A stretch of 64,000 nucleotides of DNA from Methanomassiliicoccales archaeon UBA280 (GTDB taxonomy: Archaea; Thermoplasmatota; Thermoplasmata; SG8-5), in NCBI GenBank assembly GCA_002499085.1, contig DAKD01000027.1, positions 12,324 through 76,323 of the forward strand. Reading direction: 5' to 3'. The first letter of the stretch is position 1. Each line of letters opens with the position of its first letter. A program made the position numbers and the translations under genes. Positions 39,027 through 47,700 of the stretch are shown here, piece after piece. The notes beneath the pieces were generated by a model. It made no database searches. It was not told the origin of the DNA and was given only the letters and a program-made list of their open reading frames with translations.

Positions 39027-40043
39027 TTGCCACTGAACCTGGACATTGAGAAACTGAGATACGGGACAGAACTCCTCAAGAGAGGGTTTGCGAAGATGCA
39101 GAAGGGCGGCGTCATCATGGATGTGACCAACCGCGAGCAGGCCATAATCGCCGAGGAAGCGGGCGCGGTCGCAGTCATGGCTCTTGAAAGGGTGCCGGCC
39201 GACATCCGCAGGGACGGGGGCGTGGCCAGGATGGCAGACCCGAACAAGATTCAGGAGATTCTGGACTCGGTATCCGTGCCTGTCATGGCAAAATGCCGCA
39301 TCGGGCATTTCGCAGAGGCCAGGGTGCTGGAGCATATGGGCGTCGACATGATCGACGAGTCAGAGGTTCTCACTCCCGCAGACCCGTTCTTCCATGTGAA
39401 CAAGGCAGACTTCAAGGTTCCGTTCGTTTGCGGGGCGACACACCTGGGCGAGGCCGTGCGCAGGATAGCGGAGGGCGCAGCCATGATCCGCACGAAGGGC
39501 GAGGCCGGAACGGGCAATGTCATAGAGGCAACGAGGCATCAGAGGCTCATCCAGGAGATGATTGACAAGCTCTCGCACCTGTCGGAGAACGAACTCAACA
39601 GCGTGGCCAAGACCTATGCGGCACCTTTCGGCAAGCTCGAGAGGGCAGTAAGGTCGCAATGGAGCGATGCCGAGACGCCGGGCGAATATGCCGTATTCGG
39701 CGGGATAACCATGTCCGAATGGGAGGCCAGGGTGAGGGCGCTTCTGGTCGAGATCAGGGACTTGAAGAGGCTGCCTGTGGTCAATTTCGCGGCCGGCGGC
39801 ATAGCAACGCCTGCGGACGCCGTTCTGATGATGCAGTCCGGCTCGGACGGCGTTTTCGTCGGCTCCGGGATATTCAAATCCAAGAATCCGAAGGAGAGGG
39901 CCAAGGCCATTGCCGAAGCGGTCGCCCATTTCGACGACCCCGCGGTTGTAATGGAAGTGTCAAAGGGCCTCGGGGACGCAATGCCGGGCATGAACATCGA
40001 TGACATTCCGGCGGAGAAGAGGCTTCAGGAGAGAGGCTGGTAG
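39027..40043 (+). CDS. pdxS: pyridoxal 5'-phosphate synthase lyase subunit
   Basis: Supporting motifs: [49 protein letters not shown] and [11 protein letters not shown]. It uses an apparent TTG start. No pdxT gene is adjacent. Confidence 0.9.
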   Translation: MPLNLDIEKLRYGTELLKRGFAKMQKGGVIMDVTNREQAIIAEEAGAVAVMALERVPADIRRDGGVARMADPNKIQEILDSVSVPVMAKCRIGHFAEARVLEHMGVDMIDESEVLTPADPFFHVNKADFKVPFVCGATHLGEAVRRIAEGAAMIRTKGEAGTGNVIEATRHQRLIQEMIDKLSHLSENELNSVAKTYAAPFGKLERAVRSQWSDAETPGEYAVFGGITMSEWEARVRALLVEIRDLKRLPVVNFAAGGIATPADAVLMMQSGSDGVFVGSGIFKSKNPKERAKAIAEAVAHFDDPAVVMEVSKGLGDAMPGMNIDDIPAEKRLQERGW

Positions 40044-40052
40044 GGGTAATCC

Positions 40053-40931
40053 ATGAACAAGATAAAGAGCGGGGTTTACGGCCTTAACACGCTGCTGGAC
40101 GGCGGCATCAATGAGAATTCCGCCACTGTCGTGATAGGCTGCTCCGGTGCAGGAAAGACCACGCTTGCAACCCAGTTCATCAGGCGCGGCCTCGAGCTGG
40201 GCCAGGAGGGCATCTTCGTCAGCCTTGATGAGAACAAGGAGCAGATAATCAAGGAAGCTGTCCAGATGGGCTGGAAGAAGATTGTGGATTACATTGACGA
40301 GGAGAAGCTGGTTTTCATCGATGCCTCGGGACATGAGTTCTCGGCTTTCATCAGGAAGGAGTTGCCTTCCTTTGTCGCGGACTGGAAAGGCGCGAACGCC
40401 AGGATATCCATCGACCCGCTCACGCCTGTCATGTGGTCCACGGCCGACAGGTACGAGCAGCGCGAGCTCATAGGCTTCATGCTGAAGGAGACGAGGAAAG
40501 TGGGTACCGTCCTGGCCACGCTTGAGGAGCACGGCATGGCCGGCGATTTGTCGGGCAATGAGACAGTGATCCCCATGTACCTTGCAGACTGCGTGATACA
40601 TCTCAAGAGCATACACACCCCGGAAGGTGGCCTGCAGAGGCGGCTCAAGATCCTGAAGTGCAGGAGCAGCAGGCACAGCAAGACCGAGCACAGGTATTCC
40701 ATAGTGAAAGGACTGGGAATCGTGGTGGACCCGGAGAGGTCCAGCTTGCTTCCGTCGAAGAAGATGCCTGACCAGTTCAGGAAAATCCTCGAGCAGAAGA
40801 AGGATTCCATCCCGAGCAGGGTATATACCAGGCTTACAGAGGCCCTCGAGGAGCTTAGGGACGACGACTTCTCCGAGATAGAGCTGGACACGCTTGTCCG
40901 CGAGATAATTGCCGAGTACAGCAGCGACTGA
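40053..40931 (+). CDS. single-domain KaiC/RecA-superfamily ATPase
   Basis: Supporting sequence: GVYGLNTLLDGGINENSATVVIGCSGAGKTTLATQF (Walker A) and VFIDASG (Walker B-like). Confidence 0.8.
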   Translation: MNKIKSGVYGLNTLLDGGINENSATVVIGCSGAGKTTLATQFIRRGLELGQEGIFVSLDENKEQIIKEAVQMGWKKIVDYIDEEKLVFIDASGHEFSAFIRKELPSFVADWKGANARISIDPLTPVMWSTADRYEQRELIGFMLKETRKVGTVLATLEEHGMAGDLSGNETVIPMYLADCVIHLKSIHTPEGGLQRRLKILKCRSSRHSKTEHRYSIVKGLGIVVDPERSSLLPSKKMPDQFRKILEQKKDSIPSRVYTRLTEALEELRDDDFSEIELDTLVREIIAEYSSD

Positions 40932-40987
40932 GTTCTGGCAAATCATTTTATCCGTGGCGCATTTATCAAGCTGTCGGAGAAGGCAGG

Positions 40988-41698
40988 ATGAGCGAGGGAA
41001 TTGGAAAAGCGCTGGCAAATGCCATTAGGGACGAGCCGGTCTTGGCGGCTGAAGCCCGTGGCCGGCATGTTTTCCAGAATTCGAACAGGCGCGGCGTTTT
41101 CACCTTGCTTACGGAGAATCCCTGCATGGGAGTGGGCATGCTGGCATCAATCACGGGCCTATCCAAGAATTCAGTTAAGTGGCATCTTGAGGCGCTTGTC
41201 AAGGCAGGGTATCTCGTCAGATTCGGAGCGGGAAGGGGCAATGTGTTTTACCCGGAGGGGCTGATAAGCCAGGAAACGGCCGGGCTGTTCCTCGTCATAA
41301 ACAGCCCGAGGCAGAGCAGCCTGTTCAGGGGAATCGTCGCCAGACCCGGGCTTTCGCAGCGCGACATAGCGACCATCCATGGGAAAAGCAGGCAATGGGT
41401 GGCCGCCTCGATGAAGACGCTGGAACAGGCAGGCCTTGTGAGCGGCGTGGCTGACGGCGCGCACACAAGGTATTACCCGACCAGACTGCTTCCTGACATG
41501 GCCGACGGTTTCTACAGGGCCTCGAAGGATTTCGGGGACTACATGCTCAAGAAGCTGGGCCGGGAGGGCGGCGCAGCCCCGGCAGTGGTGAAACACGGCC
41601 TTGACAGGATATTGGTCGAAGTGGGCCATCAATCCAGCAGGTTCAATATCGAGATAGGCGTCAATCCCTACCTAACCTGTCTCGGGTGTAAAATTTAA
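40988..41698 (+). CDS. transcriptional regulator with two winged-helix (ArsR/MarR-like) domains
   Basis: There are two copies of the wHTH pattern: ...MLASITGLSKNSVKWHLEALVKAGYLVRF... and ...GLSQRDIATIHGKSRQWVAASMKTLEQAGLVSGV... Confidence 0.65.
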   Translation: MSEGIGKALANAIRDEPVLAAEARGRHVFQNSNRRGVFTLLTENPCMGVGMLASITGLSKNSVKWHLEALVKAGYLVRFGAGRGNVFYPEGLISQETAGLFLVINSPRQSSLFRGIVARPGLSQRDIATIHGKSRQWVAASMKTLEQAGLVSGVADGAHTRYYPTRLLPDMADGFYRASKDFGDYMLKKLGREGGAAPAVVKHGLDRILVEVGHQSSRFNIEIGVNPYLTCLGCKI

Positions 41699-41715
41699 CA
41701 ATTAGTTGTACCAAT
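41697..41715 (+). promoter_or_regulatory. AACAATTAGTTGTACCAAT box upstream of the giant gene, related to the TACAAAAC-N3-GTACCAAT boxes of the SBP promoter modules
   Basis: The 11-mer GTTGTACCAAT (41705-41715) equals the reverse complement of 19419-19429. By eye, 15 of 19 positions match the full box. Confidence 0.4.
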
Positions 41716-41762
41716 GAAGTTAGATTTAAAGACTATCAATGTTAATTGTAAAACTACAATGC

Positions 41763-41770
41763 CTATATAG
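41763..41770 (+). promoter_or_regulatory. TATA box (CTATATAG) of the giant gene
   Basis: It lies about 24-31 nt upstream of ATG 41794, which suggests a leaderless or very short-leader mRNA. Confidence 0.5.
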
Positions 41771-41793
41771 TTTGCAGTGCAGGTACATGCAGA

Positions 41794-44700
41794 ATGTATC
41801 AGACAGATGATGACCTTGTCGAGCTTCTGCTCATACCGAAAGTCGGGAGAGCGCGCGCCAGGTCGCTTTTCAATGCCGGCTTCAAAACTCTCGATGATCT
41901 TGCCCGCGCAAAGCCCGAACAACTCCTTGGCATTCCCGGAATAAGCCAGGGCATTGCCGCCGGGATCATAGAGTCTGCCAACGGCATGCTCATCTCGAAG
42001 CCTGCCGACGAGAGGCTCGAGTCGAAATCCGGTATCGACATCTGCCCCCTGTGCGGGTCCATGGTCAGCGCCGGCGCCAAGGTCTGCAACGGCTGCGGAG
42101 TGACCTTCAGCGACGAGGTGGAGGACCTGACCCAGGAACTTGGGGCCCGTGAAGGGGAGGAAGGGCATGACGGATTCTGGTACAGAGACCAGGGAAAATT
42201 GTTCATCTGCCCGGAATGCGGCTCCCTTGTCGCGGACGGGAGCCAGGCATGCCCGAACTGCGGTGTGCGCTTCGAGGAGGGCGGAGATGAGGAGCTGGAG
42301 CCGCCAGCACCGGCCGCCGGAGACGCGGACGGGTTCTGGTACAAGTCCGGCTCGAAGATATCCATGTGCCCGAACTGCGGCTCTTTCCTCAGCGGGGATG
42401 CTGCGAGCTGCACGTCCTGCGGCCTCGTGTTCGAGGCGGGCGAGGAGGAGGAGCTGGAGCCGGAAAAATTCACATGCCCCATGTGCAAAAAAGACCTCCA
42501 TCCTGGCGCGGACAGATGCGAAGGGTGCGGATTCGACTTCTCCGCGGAGAAGGACAAGGACGGGTTCTGGTACAAGGAACAGGGAGGCCTGTTCATGTGC
42601 CCGAACTGCGGCGCATTCATACCCAGAGACGCCGAGAGATGCAGCATATGCAATTCAGTCCTCGAGGTTGGCGAGGAGGAGGATGTGCCTCAGCCCCAGG
42701 CTGTGCTCTGCCCGATGTGCGGCATTCCGGCGCCGGCCGGTGCCGGGAAATGCGCAAGCTGCGGGTTCGACTTCTCCGAGGAGAAGGACAAGGACGGGTT
42801 CTGGTACAAGGACTCGGTGGCGCTTTTCATCTGCCCGATGTGCGGGGCCTTCATGTCCGAGGCGGCGGATAAATGCGCAAACTGCGGGGCTGTGTTCGAA
42901 GAGGACGGGGCGGAAAAGGAGACCGCGAGAGATATTGTTCCCGACATGGCCGCGAAAATAACCGTGGAAAAGGAGGCAGATGAACTCATCGAGATGATGG
43001 AGATCGAGGAGGAGCTCGATGCCGCCACAAAATCGGGTCCCCGGGATTCTCAAGACCTGCCCGCCGATGGGGAGACTGTTGCGCCTGTGCCCGCTTCCGA
43101 TTCTCTCGTGCTGTGCCCTGTTTGCGGTGCGTTTTCAAGATCCGGCGGGACCAAATGCCCTGCATGCGACGCCGTGTTCGACGACATAGAGGACATGGAG
43201 CTTGCGGGTGTCAGACCCGCGAGAGCCGCAGATGCAGAATTGGCTAGCGAGATGGCGGCCGAGATCCGGGAGATCGAGGCTGAGCTCCTCGAACCGGCCA
43301 AGCCCATGAAATCGGAGAGGGGCGGCGTTTCCAAGGACTTCCTGGACAGGTGGAAGAGGCTTGACGGGAACGGTGGGGTTTCTGGACAGGCAGGCAAGAG
43401 GTCTGCCAAGCCCACGGATGCGGAAATTGAAAAGGAGCTGGGCCTGGACGGCCTACCGCGGGCCGAGGACCTGTCTTCGCAGATTGACGAGGCCGAGCTG
43501 GAGGCGGGCATAGACGAGATGGCAGGCAAGCCCAAACCTGCGGGATTCTGGATCCAGAGGGCGAGAGAACTTGCCGCTGGCGGGCAGGTGGAGGAGGCAG
43601 TTGCATGTCTTGACAGGGCTGCGGAAACAGACCCGGACAGGGAGCTGGAGTACAAGCGGCTGATGCTCGAGCTGATGGGAGTTGGCTACCCCGAGGCAAA
43701 GGTTGACATTTCAGAGATTGCGGCGATAGACGACATAGGAGAGCTGAAAATAGACAGGGAGCTTCTCTCGGGAAAAACAGAGAGAAGGTTGGCTGAGATA
43801 GACCGCGAACTGGACAGGGAGCCGGGAAACAGCGCGCTCTGGCAGGAGAAGGGGGAGCTTCTGGAGAAGCTGGGGCGCCATGAGGAGGCTGTCCAGTGCT
43901 TCGACACCTCCATCAGCATGACATACGCGGAGCTCAGGAAGGAGACGAAGGACGCGCACAGGCATGTCCCCCAGATAGGCATCGGGCTGACAAACGGCCA
44001 GGGCCGCGTGAACGGCCGCGTGAACGGGCTTCTCATCCAGCGCGGGCTTTCCAGGGGAGAGACCAATGGCCTTGCCGATGGAAGGACAAACGGCCGCGTG
44101 AACGGGCTCAGGGTCCCGAGGGGCAAGATCAACGGCATGGTTAACGGACTTTCTGGCAGGGTGAACGGCCTAACTAACGGCAAGATCAACGGAACAGGAC
44201 TGGTCAGCGGCAGGACAAACGGAAGGACCAACGGCCGCATTAACGGCACTGGTATGATAAACGGCGCCGGCATGGTCAACGGCTCCAGAGGCCTCATCAA
44301 CGGCGGGCTAGTGAACGGCCTGGGCCTCGTTAACGGAGAGGCAATGGTCGGCGGCTCCGGCGTCCTTCGCAGGATGAGGAGAAGGCGCAGGGAGCGCATA
44401 ATGTGGCGGTACAGGCTCACGGCAATGGCCCTTTTCGTCACGCTGGTGCTGATGCTCTCCATGCTTGGGAACCTGATGGTCGAAGAGGAGTCGGGCGCAA
44501 TTCACATTGACGGCAGCTTCGCAGACTGGGACGGAGTGCGGATTTACAGCAACTTCCTCGGAGCGCCGGTGAGCCCGAACCTGAGGATCCTCGAAACAGG
44601 GATGGTGCTCGAGGAGGATTCGGTCAAAGCCAGGGTGCTGTTCGAGGGACAGCCTTTCAATGCGGCCGATGGGGCGGTCGATTCTGTATGGGCGTTCATA

Positions 44701-47700
44701 GACCTTGACGGCGACCCGGCCACCGGGTACATCCTGGAGGGAATGGGCGCAGACCTGGCCGCGGAGATGTACGGCTGGAACGGCACTGTCATGGGCACCA
44801 ATCTCCACAGGTTCGACGGCACGCTTAACAGGAGCGACTGGAACGGATTCTACAATGCCGGTTCCGTTGACTGCGAGTTAGGGGGCAACGGCCTCGAGGC
44901 AAGCCTGCGCATACCCCGCGACATGGCAGCGAGCGTGAATGACCCCGGCATGCTCGTCATGACGCTGGACTCGGAGGGAAACTCCGATGTCACGGACTAT
45001 TTCATGTCAGAGTCCGCGGGGGGAAATGCAGCCACGTTCAGGCATTCCGGGGCCGACATCCTCACCCAAGGAACTGCCGCAACCCTGGGCGAGCTTACAT
45101 TGAGCGCACATTCCGCGAACGGGGCAGAGTTCCGGAGCCTGGATTTCACTGCAGAGGGAACCTTCATGCCGGACATTTCCCTGATCGGCTCGGACGGCAG
45201 CGAAATACCTGTTCGCCCGTCTGTATCCGGAAATACTCTTTCCCTCGAATTCGTGCATCCCCTGGTTCTGGAATACGGCACGGCTGTTACATTGACTCTT
45301 GAGGCAAGCATCCCCCTAGCGGCCGCGGGAACTCTGGGCCTCAGGCTTGATAGCGCCAATGCAACTGACGGGGCCAGAGTGCGCAACCTGAATTCGAAGC
45401 TGCACAACCTGGGCATGCCGGAAGACATGACAGTGGACGGGGCCTTCGGAGACTGGGCATATTCGCCGGCAAACCCTGACAGGGCCGGAGATGTGATTTC
45501 CGGCTCGGGGAACCGGGATTTCATCAATTCGAACGTTGACCTTGCGGACGCAAGGCTTGCTGACGATGGCGTCAGCCTGTTCTTCTACGCCTCGGTTCAT
45601 GGCGTTATGATGGGCGGCTCCGAAATCCCGACGATAAGGTCCAGGCCGGGACTGCCGGGGCCGGCCGGCGAGGCTGACTCGGACAGGGATTCTGTGCCTG
45701 ACAGGCTTGACACCCTCTACCTGGACTTCAACAATGACGGGATTCCCGATTCCGAATCCGTCATGCCGGATGACGCCCCGGACCTTGACGGCGACGGCAT
45801 TGCGGATTATCCGGGCGGACCAGATTGGTGGCTGAACACCACCATACCCGCGGATGTCGAGGCGCCGTACGGCGGCTCCTTTGTCTCGGTGTACATAGGG
45901 CCGGTCGACGTGTCCCACCGGGAGAATCTTGGCGACGACAGGGCCTACATCATGTTCGATACCGATGAAAATCCGGCGACAGGAAGCAACCTGAGGGGCG
46001 CTCCCGGGGTGGAGTACGCCGTCGTGATAAGCGGAAAGCAGAACCGCATAATGGCAGCCGAGCTCTACGTCAGCGACCCAAGTCACTTGCCCACCGGCTG
46101 GAGGTTTGTGAGGGATGTTTCTGCGGCAACGGACTGGACCAGGCTGGAGGGCGCGGTTCAATATTCGGCGCTCGGCCTCGGCCCGGGCGGCAATTTCACG
46201 GCCTACATGGCCCTGGAGGACTGGAACGGAGCCGGCGATATCTCCGATGAAAACCTGGGAGCCTCGGATTTGCCGGCATCGCCTTCCGGGACGCGTTCGC
46301 CTGCCGGTGACTATGTCGTCATAAACGAGATAATGCCCGCCCCGGACACAGGGGAGTGGATAGAGCTGTGCAACCCAACCTCGGGTCCGATAAACATCGG
46401 CGGATTGAGGCTGCGCATCGGAAACAGGGATCTCATCGTATTTCCTGCGAACACGATACTCGGGGCCTTCGGGTCAGGAACCGAATATTATCTTGCGACA
46501 TTCTACGGCTGGAGGGACGATATCCCCAACGGCGGCGGAACAGTCCTGTTCCAGTGGGACAGCCCTGGGCCAGGCTGGACGACGCGCGATTCGTTCACTT
46601 ACACCGCTGTTCTGGCAGGCCAGAGCTATGCCAGGCTCAAGAACTCCACCTGGGGCATGCCCCTTGACACGGACTCGACCGCGGACCTGTACGCTTCCCT
46701 TCTTCCGAGCCCGGGTGCCCCGAACGACAGGACCAGGCCCATCATCAATGCCGACAAGAATGCCGACGCAGAGTACGGCATGCCGGGCGATTCCGTAGTT
46801 TACACGATATGGTACAACAACACCGGCGACGGCAATGCCAGGCATGTCTGGGTGAATGATACGATCCCGACAGGCTTGACATACCAGTCCTCGAGCCTTC
46901 CTTATGCGTCATACTCGGGCCAGACCTATTGCTGGTACTTCTCCCACGTTGCTCCGGGGACCCATTCCTTCACTGTCACGGCCACCATCGATGCCGGCGT
47001 GCCCTCAGGCACTGTTCTGACGAACATGGTTCAGATCCAATACACTGACCAACTTTCAAGGCCCATGGGCACAACCTCGGACACTTGGGACGTCACCGTC
47101 CAGGTCCCTCCGCCGGTTATTACTCTGATCAAGACTGCCTCCTACACCAACCCGTCCCCGGGCGACGACGTTGATTTCACGATTTACTACAACAACACCG
47201 GAACCGGAACCGCAACCAATGTTTGGCTGAATGACACGCTCCCTGCCGGAATGACGTATATCGCAGCGACTCCTGTGCCGGACTCGGTCGCCGGCCAGAT
47301 CATCTTCTGGCATTTCCAGAGCTTGGCCCCGGGAAATTATCAGCTCACTGTGACGGCGCAGGTCGGAGCCGCTGTTCCGGTCGGCACAGTGATGACCAAC
47401 ACTGTCGACTGCGACTACACGGATTCGTCCGACGACCCGATTCCGGGGCTGACTGCCTCGGCAAGCGTCACGGTGACTGACCCCCTCAGCAGGATTGTCA
47501 TGAACGAGATTTCCGTCCAAGGAAACGACAACGAATGGGTGGAGGTGTGCAACCCCACCTCGACCCCTATCGATGTGAGCGGGTGGCGCATCAGGGCCGG
47601 AACTGTGACGGTATACACATTCCCCGCAGGCACGATACTTGGAGCCTGGGGCTCCGGTTCAGAATATTTCGTGGCCGATACGGGCGGCGGCAATGATTTC

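Noticed and set aside
39960-41018. 352-aa minus-strand ORF
   Set aside because: It is antisense to the KaiC-like ATPase (Walker A present on the plus strand). Its composition is typical of a shadow ORF.
42140-43699. Multiple 100-280-aa alternative-frame and antisense ORFs inside the giant gene
   Set aside because: They are Arg/Pro/Ser-rich shadow frames. The frame-1 product has coherent zinc-ribbon repeats.
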